Source: Epithemia pelagica
Taxonomy: Eukaryota; Protista; Bacillariophyta
Assembly (NCBI GenBank): GCA_946965045.2
Contig: OX337234.1
Coordinates: 1,054,001-1,118,000, forward strand
Reading direction: 5' to 3'
Length of the DNA: 64,000 nt
Positions within the stretch are counted from its first letter, which is position 1. Each line of letters opens with the position of its first letter. Both the position numbers and the translations under genes were made by a program. The notes under the pieces are model-generated. The model ran no database searches. It was not told the origin of the DNA and worked only from the letters and a program-made list of their open reading frames with translations. Shown here piece by piece: positions 10,807-21,811 of this stretch.

Positions 10807-13263
10807 GTGACAACAATCCTCTACATGTCTGTCCTAGTATATAGTGATGATGATGCTAGGTCGGCTAACCCTTCCCAAGATGACAAGACGAGTCTGCGGC
10901 CTAAGCTATGGTTTCTAACACCAACATGCAATAGCAACAGGATACGACGACAAACAAGGAAACCAAGATGGAATAGACAAACAATGCGAATGCTATGCAT
11001 GGCAACAATACTCGCAGCTCCGATAACAGGCAAACCAGCCGCAGCACATCAAGTCAAGTTCGACTCCGATAGCCAGCCCGTGTTTGTTGACAACTGTGCA
11101 ACATCGTCTATCACAAACGATATCACCGACTGCATAACAGCAATCCAACCCGTAAGAAGAAAGATCAAGGGCATTGCAGGATTGTTCAAAACGGAAATCT
11201 ACTCCACGACGATCAAGTGGCACTTCGAAGACGACAACGGTGTCATCCATACATTCGTCCTGCCTCGATCGTTCTACATACCATCGACCTCCAACAGACT
11301 TTTCTCTCCCCAACACTGGGCACAAGTAGCCAAAGACCACAAGCCGAATCCAGATGGCACTCGCTGCATCACCACAGCTGACAACATCATTCTCGAATGG
11401 AACCAATGCAAATACACGAGAACCATCCCACTCAATCGAAGAGGAACGAATGTGGGACAGCTGTACACTGCAAACGGTATGCTCAAGTTCCATGCTTTCT
11501 GCTGCAAAGTACACGCGACACCGGAGGAAGAAGATGAGAATCCACCGATCGTTAGTCACGCGAATCTGATCGAGGATGACGAAAGCATCAACGAGAACTC
11601 ACCAAGCGCCCAGATCGAACAAGATTCCAACGATGTAGAACTTGACATGGATGACGAGCACAACGAACAGTATTTTCCACAACGGGATCAGCCCATCACC
11701 ACGGATTTTCTCTTCGAAGATGAAAAAGTGGTACATGTGATTCCCAATGAAGAAGAAGTGCCAATCGAAAACCCGACGGTCGAACTCCTACGCGTTCATC
11801 ATCGTCTCGGCCATCTGTCATTTGCTAAGATTCAAGAAATGGCACGACGAGGTGAATTGCCCAAGCGACTCGGTTCATGCGCTGTTCCAGCATGTACAGC
11901 CTGTATGTACGGGAAAGCGACGAAGAAACCATGGCGAGTGAAAGGTACAAGGGGTACACTGGATGTTATGACTCGTCCAGGCCAATGTGTATCGGTCGAC
12001 CAACTCATATCGACAACACCAGGATATATTGCCCACTTACGAGGTACTCCAACACGCGATAGATATCGGGTAGCGACTGTTTTCGTGGACCACTACTCTG
12101 GTATAGGGTACGTCCACCTACAACGATCGACGTCGGCTGCGGATACCATCGAAGCAAAGGAGCGATTTGAAGCATGGGCGGATACGCACGGGGTCGCAAT
12201 CATGCACTATCATGCAGACAACGGCATTTTTGCTGACAACCAATTTCGCAAAGCAGTAAGAGACAAAGGACAGCGCTTGACGTTCAGCGGAGTTAACGCG
12301 CATTTTCAGAGCGGTATGGCCGAGAGGCGCATAAGGGACCTACAAGACTCAGCACGGACTATGCTACTCCATGCACATCGTCGATGGCCCTCTGCTATTA
12401 CTCCGAACCTCTGGCCCTATGCAGTACGCTATGCATCGGATATCTTCAACTCTGCACCTATGGCGAAACATAAGAATACGACGCCTTTGGAACTCTTCTC
12501 TGGTTCCCCAGCACGATTCAACCTGCGACATGCGCACACATTTGGATGTCCAAGTTATGTCCTAGACAATGCTCTACAATCAGGAAAAGGGATTTCCAAA
12601 TGGTCCGAACGCTCTCGGGTTGGTATCTTCTTGGGATACTCCGCCCAACACTCAAGAACTGTGGGGCTTATTCTCTCATTGTCCTCCGGTTTATCTTCTC
12701 CACAATTCCATGTTCAATATGATGACCGTTTTGAGACTATGCGACGTAGTTTCGGGGAAGCACAACCTGTCTCCTACTGGCAGCAGAAGGCCGGGTTCCG
12801 CAAGGGTAAAACCATGGATCAGTCCCAACCAGATCACCACACTACCGACACACGTGACTCACAACTACCCTCACAAATGAGGGAGGTAGATCACAATTCT
12901 ACCCTAGAGGAGCCACCTATAGTTCCGTTACCAGTCGACAATGAAGATCTAATCCAGCCGACAAATGAGGGAGCCTTTGGAGTCCGCAGGTCACAACGAC
13001 AACCCAAACCAACTATGCGATATCAAGACTATATGGATTCTTTGGGGGACGACCTAGATCCTCTAGGTGAGCTGGCAGTGACGTTACCTGGGTTGATCTC
13101 CATGACCGCACAGGCCCAAGCAAATCCAGATGTCATGTATTGGCACGAAGCCATGCGACAACCAGATCGATTGGAATTTATAAAGGCTGCACAAAAGGAG
13201 GTCCAGGATCACACCGCAAACGGTCTCTGGGATGGTTCGACGACAAGATATACCACCGGGTAG
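10807..13263 (+). CDS. pol: Copia-2 Pol part 1 (protease, integrase)
   Basis: VDNCATSSI protease motif, HHRLGH..C..C zinc finger, SVDQ/HADNG/QSGMAER integrase core. Confidence 0.9.
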   Translation: MTTILYMSVLVYSDDDARSANPSQDDKTSLRPKLWFLTPTCNSNRIRRQTRKPRWNRQTMRMLCMATILAAPITGKPAAAHQVKFDSDSQPVFVDNCATSSITNDITDCITAIQPVRRKIKGIAGLFKTEIYSTTIKWHFEDDNGVIHTFVLPRSFYIPSTSNRLFSPQHWAQVAKDHKPNPDGTRCITTADNIILEWNQCKYTRTIPLNRRGTNVGQLYTANGMLKFHAFCCKVHATPEEEDENPPIVSHANLIEDDESINENSPSAQIEQDSNDVELDMDDEHNEQYFPQRDQPITTDFLFEDEKVVHVIPNEEEVPIENPTVELLRVHHRLGHLSFAKIQEMARRGELPKRLGSCAVPACTACMYGKATKKPWRVKGTRGTLDVMTRPGQCVSVDQLISTTPGYIAHLRGTPTRDRYRVATVFVDHYSGIGYVHLQRSTSAADTIEAKERFEAWADTHGVAIMHYHADNGIFADNQFRKAVRDKGQRLTFSGVNAHFQSGMAERRIRDLQDSARTMLLHAHRRWPSAITPNLWPYAVRYASDIFNSAPMAKHKNTTPLELFSGSPARFNLRHAHTFGCPSYVLDNALQSGKGISKWSERSRVGIFLGYSAQHSRTVGLILSLSSGLSSPQFHVQYDDRFETMRRSFGEAQPVSYWQQKAGFRKGKTMDQSQPDHHTTDTRDSQLPSQMREVDHNSTLEEPPIVPLPVDNEDLIQPTNEGAFGVRRSQRQPKPTMRYQDYMDSLGDDLDPLGELAVTLPGLISMTAQAQANPDVMYWHEAMRQPDRLEFIKAAQKEVQDHTANGLWDGSTTRYTTG

Positions 13264-14734
13264 CTATGTGACTAGAGCAGTATGGAGTTGTGTCCGGAAG
13301 CGGAAACTGCAGACAGGTGAAATCTATAAATGGAAGTCACGCTTGGCATTTGATGGATCAAGACAGACCAAAGGAGTGAACTATTGGGAGACTTATGCTC
13401 CCGTAGTCCAATGGCCTGTGGTCCGCTATGTCTTAACGACGGCTATTTCGCAAGGATGGGCGATGAAGCAGATAGACTATGTCCTCGCCTACACTCAAGC
13501 CGTGGCGGAAACTGATATGTACATGGAGGCACCTAGAGGGTTTACATTCGACACGACCGGAAAACAACGAGCCGAAGATTTTGTTCTCAAGATTAAACGG
13601 AATTACTACGGTCAGAAACAGGCCGCGCGTGTCTGGAATAAACACCTAGTACAGCAATTGGAACAAGTGGGATTCAAACAGAGTGATCATGATGAATGTG
13701 TCTTCTACAAAGGACGCAGCCTCTATATCTTGTACACAGACGACTCCATCTTAACAGGGCCTGATCCACAGGAACTCGACGACATCATCACCCAGATGCA
13801 GGACATTGGGCTTAAGATTACATATGAAGACGGAGTAGAAGATTTTCTTGGAGTCAACATTACAAAACAACAGACCGGACATCTTCACCTCTCCCAGACT
13901 CGCTTGATCGACGCTATCCTTGATGATCTGCGATTACCAGCGGACACGAATACTCGCGACGTGCCGGCAGCAACCACAGTGAAGATGCGCGCCGATGATG
14001 ATGGGGACCCCTTTGATGGACACTTCAACTATCGCTCGGTCATCGGGAAACTGAATTTCCTCGAGAAAAGTACACGACCTGATATATCCTACGCATTACA
14101 TCAATGTGCACGCTTTTCCGCGAATCCAAAGCAGGTACACGGACGAGCAGTAAAGCAGATTGGGCGCTACCTCGCTGGTACACGGTCACGAGGACTCGTG
14201 CTCAAACCACAGGACAAAGAAAATTTCGACGTTTATGCCGATGCCGATTTTTGTGGCAACTTCAACAAGACAGATATGCCACGATCAGACATGGCCCGAT
14301 CCCGTTCCGGATATGTCATCTTTTATGGAGGTTGTCCCATAGTGTGGGCATCAAAGTTACAGTCCGAGATTGCACTGTCCACAACGGAAGCGGAAATTAT
14401 CAGCCTCTCTACTTCATTGCGTACAGTCATCCCACTTATGAACATTACGAAAGAGATGAAATCACTCGGCTTCCCTGTCCTATCAACACAACCCAGAGTA
14501 CATTGTCGAGCTTTTGAAGACAATAACGGGGCTTACGAATTGGCTACGGTCTATAAGTATCGACCACGCACGCGATACCTCTGTACCAAGCTATTTCATT
14601 TCAAGTCCGACGTCGAGAAGAAAGAGATTACGATCCTCCCTTGTGATACGGAGTTGCAGACCGCGGATATCTTTACCAAAGCACTGGATAAAGAGACGTT
14701 CGAGCGGCATCGCACGCGTATTATGGGCTGGTAG
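13232..14734 (+). CDS. pol: Copia-2 Pol part 2 (RT-RNaseH), frameshifted relative to part 1 near 13230
   Basis: KSRLAFDG, QIDYVLAY, LYTDD, RPDISYA, YADADF, TEAE, EDN, TADIFTK. Confidence 0.92.
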   Translation: MVRRQDIPPGSYVTRAVWSCVRKRKLQTGEIYKWKSRLAFDGSRQTKGVNYWETYAPVVQWPVVRYVLTTAISQGWAMKQIDYVLAYTQAVAETDMYMEAPRGFTFDTTGKQRAEDFVLKIKRNYYGQKQAARVWNKHLVQQLEQVGFKQSDHDECVFYKGRSLYILYTDDSILTGPDPQELDDIITQMQDIGLKITYEDGVEDFLGVNITKQQTGHLHLSQTRLIDAILDDLRLPADTNTRDVPAATTVKMRADDDGDPFDGHFNYRSVIGKLNFLEKSTRPDISYALHQCARFSANPKQVHGRAVKQIGRYLAGTRSRGLVLKPQDKENFDVYADADFCGNFNKTDMPRSDMARSRSGYVIFYGGCPIVWASKLQSEIALSTTEAEIISLSTSLRTVIPLMNITKEMKSLGFPVLSTQPRVHCRAFEDNNGAYELATVYKYRPRTRYLCTKLFHFKSDVEKKEITILPCDTELQTADIFTKALDKETFERHRTRIMGW

Positions 14735-14760
14735 TCAGATTTTCACGCTGCGTGAGGGAG

Positions 14761-14930
14761 TGTTCGAATATTGTACATGCGGGCATATGTAACTGATGAG
14801 GACCTTGGGGGACCGCAGACGCAAACCTCATGACTCCATTAGGCCCAACGCATCATCGAACCGCCTATCACAAAATGCAAAACGACGATGGATCCAGGCG
14901 ACGATGCCTATGTAACGATCGACAATGCCT
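14761..14930 (+). repeat. Truncated 3' LTR of Copia-2
   Basis: Identity to the 5' LTR stops abruptly after GACAATGCCT with no CA terminus. Confidence 0.88.
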
Positions 14931-14932
14931 CA

Positions 14933-15039
14933 TGTACCCAATCTCCTTCATTCCCACATTCTCATCACGTCACATTATGGCTCGTGATGAGGATATGCTG
15001 TAAGGTAGCTCGAGGGAGAGAGACATCCTTTCCTGCAAG
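14933..15039. repeat. About 107-bp diverged direct repeat, copy 1 (copy 2 at 20212-20318)
   Basis: TGTACCCAATCTCCTT...CATCCTTTCCTGCAAG aligns at roughly 80% identity by eye. Confidence 0.85.
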
Positions 15040-15594
15040 CATGATCAATTGCTGAATGTCGCGGATGAGATTTGCAGTCGCGGATGGATTGTGTGGCCCA
15101 TTCATCACTTCTCAGAGTCTACTCAAACTCAAAATGATGTTTTTTCCTGAAAACATGTCCTTTGGTAGCTCACTACAAATAGACTACAGACGCTGAGAAG
15201 TCTCTCGGAAAAAAGATACCCTCATTTTTGTTCCAACGGCTTTGGCAAACAAAGATATGTCATTTCAACCCTTTCATGAACAGAAAAATAGAGCTATTTC
15301 AAACAGACAATCAATGATGCATGTGGACTGTGGACCCCCGATGTCAAGAGAATGGGGGTCGATACCCCTTAGAATGCCGCTGTCCGTACCGAATTTTAAT
15401 TGAGATTCCCTCTTATGAGCAGGTTGAGACTACACGACAAAGAAATACTACGGATACGTGTGTGTGGGAGGCAGATTGGCCTGAGACGGAGAGTCTACAT
15501 TGTGAACTCAAGAGCCCGTTATTAAGATTTTCCATCTTCACATATGCACAACAATAAACGATTTTTGGAACCAAACACGTTTCATTCTCTTTTC

Positions 15595-15905
15595 CCTTTT
15601 TTGTTTGAGGAGCCAGTCAGGATCCCTTTTGCCACGACTCTGTTGGATGGATGTCGAGTTGAAAGTACGGCATTGGATAGCATCTTTTTCAACGACCGTG
15701 AAAACATCGATTATCCGGCCTCTGCCCCACAACGGGCTTGTCATGTTCGAGTGAAACCAGTCAATGCTTCATCGTATCTTTCCCTGGTCCAAAATGTTTC
15801 TGCGGGTGATTGCGGTCGGCAACTTCCAGTTGTGAGCGTGCAAGATTCATTCTTCGATACAAATACGGGCCAGCTTGATCCAGTATCTTTCAGCAGCAGC
15901 AACGG
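15595..15905 (+). pseudogene. Leishmanolysin gene fragment (copy A)
   Basis: Aligns to about 6790-7130 (HVRVKPVNASSY, VSVQDSF) with indels; no catalytic motif. Confidence 0.85.
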
Positions 15906-16131
15906 TCGAGCTGGTAGCACTCGAATGTCTTTCCACGCGATTTCTGCATTCCATCGGGCCTAAAGATACTTTCACACGGAGAAAGAAAAACTACACGACG
16001 CAACCTTGTGAAATCAAGAATCCTTTATTTCGCTTTTCCATTTTGATATGCATACAGCCACAGCATCTACTACGGCACATACCCTTTCTATTCGTTTCCC
16101 GTTTCTCTTGAGCCAGCATTTTACCTCCAAG

Positions 16132-17334
16132 TCACTCACTTTTGGTGGTTCTTCGGAAACGACGTCGCTCAGAAAGTTTGGTCCTAAGCCAGAATTTTTT
16201 GATTTGGTCCACGGACCTTCTTGGCAAAAATGTGGATATAAGATTCCAGCGGTTCCCAAATCTTTGTCGTTTCTCCAAAATAATAAGCTTCTCCTGAATG
16301 GTGAGACGCGTTTTAAGGAGATTGGGGTCAATCACGTTCTCAAAGTGATCTCGAATCTCGATGCAAGTTCGACCTGGAAGTTGGGCTTGTATGGCAGAGT
16401 ACTTGATGTTCTTTTTGCGGTACTCACGAATAATTTCTTCTTCCTCTACCGTCCATGGCAATTGATGGTGCTGAACCTTTTTGTCGAGAGTACCGTGGAA
16501 TGTACTCTTGATACCCATGTCACTCGGAGTGACGTTATCTTCAGCATTGCCGACAATGGACGAATCATGGAAGAAAGTGGGTGTCTTCCATCGAGCAGAC
16601 GCGTCATGATCACGCTTGAGGGTGCCTTCTTGAGACAGTTCTTCCCAGGTATCAGGGTGGGGTTCCCGGGATTCTTGTTGTGGAAGTCTCTTGCCCTTTA
16701 GAGGTGTGGCCATCCGGGATTGCAATGGAAGGCGCTTACCCTTGATGGGTGTAACGCATCGAATATGTTTCGGATGAATGGACTTCTTGGTTTGACGGGA
16801 AGTCTCGGGCGTTGGAAAGTAATATAAGCGATCGTCATTGCATATCTCACTCATGGTTTGTGATTCCCAAGCGTCGTCGAGATTCTGAGCACTCAAATCG
16901 GCGTCTGATTCCCACGATTCATCGAGATCAGCAGCATTCGAATCCTCTTCTGATTCCCAAGAGTCGTCGAAATCTTGACTCCTCGAGTCATCTTCTTGAA
17001 CAGATGAATCATTGTCGTCATTGGCTGCTGTTGGAAACGGTGACTTCTTGATTGGAAAAGAGACAAAGTTTTTCGGCAGTTGTCGGGGATTCAGTCGAAA
17101 CCGCAAGTCATTATCGGTGAAATCGAACATGTCCACCAATTCGTTGATGTTGAGCTCAGCATCGGATTGCCCGGAGGCTACCTGTTGTGCAGCCAGGAGA
17201 ATGCTCTCGTCATCCCACGAGGAAACTTTGTGCGTCTTGAGGGGATTTCCTTCATTTTCAGCCGATGCTGATGAGCCCACAAAGCGAGGCTTGGTCGGTG
17301 TAATGGTGGGAACTGGAACAGTGCGTGAAGTCAT
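16132..17334 (-). CDS. Myb-domain protein, 400 aa, two C-terminal Myb repeats (copy A)
   Basis: WTVEEEEII...LPGRT..IRDHFENVIDPNL and FGNRWNLISTFLPRRSVDQIKKFW. ATG at 17334 gives the same length as copy B. Confidence 0.88.
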   Translation of the reverse strand: MTSRTVPVPTITPTKPRFVGSSASAENEGNPLKTHKVSSWDDESILLAAQQVASGQSDAELNINELVDMFDFTDNDLRFRLNPRQLPKNFVSFPIKKSPFPTAANDDNDSSVQEDDSRSQDFDDSWESEEDSNAADLDESWESDADLSAQNLDDAWESQTMSEICNDDRLYYFPTPETSRQTKKSIHPKHIRCVTPIKGKRLPLQSRMATPLKGKRLPQQESREPHPDTWEELSQEGTLKRDHDASARWKTPTFFHDSSIVGNAEDNVTPSDMGIKSTFHGTLDKKVQHHQLPWTVEEEEIIREYRKKNIKYSAIQAQLPGRTCIEIRDHFENVIDPNLLKTRLTIQEKLIILEKRQRFGNRWNLISTFLPRRSVDQIKKFWLRTKLSERRRFRRTTKSE

Positions 17335-18204
17335 TGCGATTGAATTGATTGGCAGGAGTTTGGATGCACGCGATTGCCTGGTCAAAGTGATGTGTGATTT
17401 GGGTAGAAGCCAATTTTATGAGAACAAGATGAATGTTTGTGCCAAGATGGACAAGGCAAAAGAGATTGCAAACCGCAACGCAACGAAGGTTTACGATTGA
17501 CTCCGAAGAGACTGGTTTTGCTTCTTGTGCGGCGGCAAGTGTACGTAGAACCGTAGGTAGATGTTCAACGGGAATGCTTGTGTCGCGCGGTGCTCGATCC
17601 CAGAATGAGTTCCGTGATATTCGGACGAGATCGGAGATCGGTTTTGCATGGATGAAACGGCGGATGGGTGGTTCGAGAAACGGTCGGTCATATCTTTCTT
17701 GGAGGCAATCGTCCCCCAAAGCATGCATGGATCGTTTGTTGCATTCCAAATCGCACTAGGAGCGACGCGAAATCAAGATTCACGTGGAAGGAGTGGATGG
17801 CCGCATAAGAGTTTTCATGCACAGTCCATGAACATGAACATGAACAAGATCATATCCTGTTGCCACATGAGATTCCTGCCTTCAAAATGTGACCGAATGA
17901 ATCGTGAATGGTGACTGTGTGGGTTCATAATTATTTAAGCCTATTAACTAAGGTCCGTACTCGGTACTCGTAAAACTAACCCTTCGAAAACCTAAGTTCT
18001 TCTGCCCAAGTGGCACATAATGACACCCAAAGACAACACACTGGATAGGATGACGAGGCATATAGTCAGAACGACCATGATGTGATGTAACAAGGTGGAA
18101 TCAACCCATTCGGTCACGATTCAGCACAACTTGAGCCGACATCGTGAGCGGCAACTACGAGTCTCGGTCAGGGCCTCCTGTTGCTACCTTCACAGGTCTC
18201 ATTC

Positions 18205-20001
18205 TTACGAACGTCGCGATGCTTTGGTGACTCGCGCCCGATCGTCAAAGAATCTGACCGGGTGGTGGATGCATCCGAGCTCCTCATTATCAAAGAAATT
18301 TTTGACCGTTTCGACCGAACTACAATCCACAGCTACAGTCAATCCTTCGTAACCCTCATAGTCAACCTCATTCGGCCGCCGGAATGACAAATGAACATCA
18401 TCCGGGACAACAAAGGCGATCTTCACCGACACACAATTGGATTTGAGCTTAAACGTCTGTAACAGAGGTCTGAGGAACTTGTTCGTAAACGTTCGAGGGT
18501 TGAAGGTGTGCTCAGTGGAAATAGTATACTGAAAGCACCAAACTGTTACGTTGTCATCGGGATCCTTAGTAAGAAGGGCCGCATCGATGTAGGCGAAGTT
18601 GGGTACACTTGGAATCCAGTAAATCAGAAAGTCGGAGAGTTGATTAACTCCCTCTATACCGGTCCCCTTGCTCTGGAGAACATCCGTTATAGGGCTTGGA
18701 CGTTTGTAGAAAAGCCCATGGAGAAGCTCCTCAAAGTGGCAACCCGCTGCACTTGCCAGCCCTTTCTCTTTGGATTCTATATAGGCATTGTAGTAATTTT
18801 CCAGGCCGACCCAGTTCCGCAGGAGACGTGCGACAAACTGTGAGTCCACAACCTGATAAGCAGATCCAAAGAAGGTCCAGCTGGATGTCACAACAGGGAT
18901 TCGGAACATGGTTCGAACACGATCAGGGCTTTTTCTATCCCCACTTCCTTTTGTGTCAACAATACTTAGCATTGCCTGATTCTTGGATATCGCATTCACC
19001 ATCGCCGTCTTCTCGGCCTTCCATATGTCTGGGTTCTGAGCGTACTCAAACGCGTCCCGGATCCGGCCACCAGTATGATAGAAAACATCATAAAAAACTT
19101 CATCGGGAGAATAGCTAGAAGCAAATTTGTCGAAGGCATCGCCATCTGCATCGGCTTCTTCGAGACCTTCCATTTCATCATCACATTTCGTTGTTGCTGC
19201 TGCTGGGACCGATGACGCTGCCGTTGAAACCCCGTCGACTGCTGGAGCCGCTGCTGCAACGTCGTCGTTGCCAGATGGTTTATGATTGTCTAAAATATCC
19301 GAAGTCAACTCGAGCGCTTTTTGCAGGTCCGTCTTTTCCCAGCCACTTAGAACGACGAGAGTTGAAAATGTCGCACTTTCTCCTTGAGGTACGTCATGTC
19401 CACCGCTTGTCGCTAGGTAATGGTGTGGTAGGTACAGATCTTGGTCGCCTTCGTGTAGACCATCAATGAACAAGAGAACATTGTTAGACATAACGTGAAC
19501 CTGGGCATCCGAACGGTTGATCGCCATATGCTTCTGTAGAACGTCCGCCAGCACATCGTCGACTCCCAAGTTTCCTTGCAATATTCGACTGTAGCGAATC
19601 GTAATCTCCTTATTCTCTTTGTCGCTGTTGACCTTCTTCCTCATAAAAAACACGCTCGTGAACTCTCCAACAGCCCTCGTCTTGCGAATGAAGCAGACAG
19701 GCTTCTCCTCGTACAGGGCACGGTACAGTGCCACCAAAAATATTAATACGCTTTTTCCAACACCAGGTGAACCGATTAAAACCTGTCTTAGCTTTCGATC
19801 CATCTTGATGAGTTCCTGGAACACTTCACACATTTCTTTTCGAATGTAGATCGAATTTTTGGGGAAGAATTGCTCCTTCATCTTAGTAGGAGGGGCGAGG
19901 GGAGAAAAAAAAGTTTCGGTCTCGATACACTCCCCCTCCACTAGGCCTGCTGCACCCAAGCCGATGTCTACACAATTAAGCGTTGCTGTTTCATACTGGA
20001 T

Positions 20002-20035
<34 letters not shown>

Positions 20036-20037
20036 AT
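18205..20037 (-). CDS. Crinkler/RHS-type P-loop NTPase plus restriction-endonuclease-fold protein (copy A)
   Basis: Walker A GSPGVGKS, Walker B LLFIDG, C-terminal YWIPSVPNFAYIDAA...CFQYT..EH REase-like motif. Confidence 0.75.
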
Positions 20038-20211
20038 GCTGGTAAAATCGTGAGACCTCGTTCAAGATTGCCTCTTTGTCTTCTGTCGATGCCGCCTTCG
20101 GTGTTGCTGTTTTTTCGGATTTTTGTGTTCCGTTTTGCTGCGGAGAGTCAGTCGGTGCACGGTCAGAACGCGGCGCTTCCGACACACAGTACATATGTAA
20201 AGAGAGATTCC

Positions 20212-20318
20212 TGTACCCAATCTCCTTCTTTCCCACAGTCTTACCACGTCGCAGTATGGCTCATGATGAGGATATGCTGTTGGGTAGCTCGAGGAAAAGA
20301 TACATCCTTTCCTGCAAG
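20212..20318. repeat. About 107-bp diverged direct repeat, copy 2
   Basis: Aligns to 14933-15039. Confidence 0.85.
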
Positions 20319-20341
20319 AACGGAATGACCATGGTCAAGTA

Positions 20342-21235
20342 TTGACCAATGCAATGAAAGACTTGGTTAAGAATTTGAAGATCAATGAGTTTCAAGGTGA
20401 AAATGTTCTTCTTGTTGTAAGTTTGATCCGTGGTGCACACAAGCGCTTGAAATGGGTCAAGAAAGTTCCAGAGCGTTTTAATCAGCAAGTGCTAAAGGTC
20501 ATGCAAACTTCATCCGTTGGCATATTTAACTCCTATTTCCGCTATATCGAGCAAACTTACACAATGGCACGGGACATTGGTAAACTTCAAGGTGATCCTG
20601 ATGACACTGGTGGTTTGGAAGTTGATGTTTTACTTCGCCTAGCCGAAACTAAGTATAATGTATTATGCAGCAGTAATGACTGGCACGGTTCTAAAACGAA
20701 GGGAAAGAACTCCGTGTTCAATGCCCAAGAAGATGCCAAGAAAGCTGCCAATACTGCCTCTTCGGGAAATGGCAAGCCCCAACCAATTTGTTGGAATTGT
20801 GGAAAGCCGGGACATGCGGCACCAAAGTGCACGGAACCCCGCAACGAACAGAAGATTGCTGCGAACAAAGAGAAGTTTGGTTCTAAGAAGGCAGCCAATG
20901 GGACGAGTTCCTCAAATTCTGGAGCAGGTGGTGCATCCGGAAAGTGGGCGCCTCCAAAGTCGGACGAGCGAAATCGACGCGTGATTGATGGAAAACATAT
21001 GTTCTACAACCATCACACCCATCGCTGGGTTCCGGATCGGACGCATTCTTCCAACCAAGACACGAGTGCTCATGCCGCGCGAGCCGACGGCGCCAGCACG
21101 ACCAGCACGCTCACCGGAGCGACTGGTACTGTGGCTGGTTCTACTGTCAATCGCGCTGAGCTCGATGCTGCAGTCGCAAACGTGGCTCGCTCCGTCGACC
21201 AGTCGCTCCGCAGTCTCGTGGAGCATTTCTCCTGA
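20342..21235 (+). CDS. gag: Copia-3 Gag C-terminal half with CCHC zinc knuckle
   Basis: KNLKINEFQGENV..VSLIRGA gag motif and CWNCGKPGHAAPKC. Confidence 0.88.
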   Translation: MTNAMKDLVKNLKINEFQGENVLLVVSLIRGAHKRLKWVKKVPERFNQQVLKVMQTSSVGIFNSYFRYIEQTYTMARDIGKLQGDPDDTGGLEVDVLLRLAETKYNVLCSSNDWHGSKTKGKNSVFNAQEDAKKAANTASSGNGKPQPICWNCGKPGHAAPKCTEPRNEQKIAANKEKFGSKKAANGTSSSNSGAGGASGKWAPPKSDERNRRVIDGKHMFYNHHTHRWVPDRTHSSNQDTSAHAARADGASTTSTLTGATGTVAGSTVNRAELDAAVANVARSVDQSLRSLVEHFS

Positions 21236-21811
21236 TGGGGTGGCCGCTGGGTGGCGTCTTTGGACGGTCCATCTGGTGTAGGCCGCCCCTATCATCGCTA
21301 TGGTCCCAGGAGGGAAACCTGGGCGACCTCTATCTTCTCATCCTTACTCGACTGTGCGCTCATGAGGGGAATGGGGGACCTATTTTGGCTTTATCTGCCG
21401 TGGTAATTTCTACTGTATCTCGCCTTGTTCACAGGCCTTTGTTGTGCCATGAGCTTGGTCGAGCAAGACTCCAAGTCCGGAGCCACAGCTGCTCATGCTG
21501 TGAGCACTCCACCAAGACCGCCGAAACCTCGTTTGAGACAATCGGTACGCTCCTATGGCCTCAAAATGAAAGCAAGACGTGGAGTCCATCGTGTGATCTG
21601 GCGAAACAACCGTCCTTGTCTTTGGTACAACACGGACAACTGGGACAACTGGACCAACCCGAGAACGTCGTCTCCAGAGGGAGCATCAAACGACACGACG
21701 AAGATTCTTTGAGACCAAATCTTTGGTGGATTGTCGCTTTGGAGTTTGGCCCTGAAGGACGATTCCTTGCTACCACAAGTCGATCCAGTTCGTCAATGGT
21801 AGACAATCAAA

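Larger units (their letters stand above)
8999..14930 (+). mobile_element. Ty1/copia LTR retrotransposon Copia-2 (3' LTR truncated)
   Basis: TGTTCGAATATT... at 8999 and 14761, PPT GAGGGAG before 14761, and gag, PR-IN and RT-RH ORFs between the repeats. Confidence 0.95.
15177..20110. repeat. Segmental duplication copy A (leishmanolysin relic, Myb, NTPase-REase)
   Basis: Collinear with about 52439-57175, same gene order and orientation. Confidence 0.95.

Noticed and set aside
16048-16701. 217-aa plus-strand ORF (and 53081-53755) opposite the Myb gene
   Set aside because: Antisense shadow of a real coding region, conserved only because the block is duplicated; no motif.
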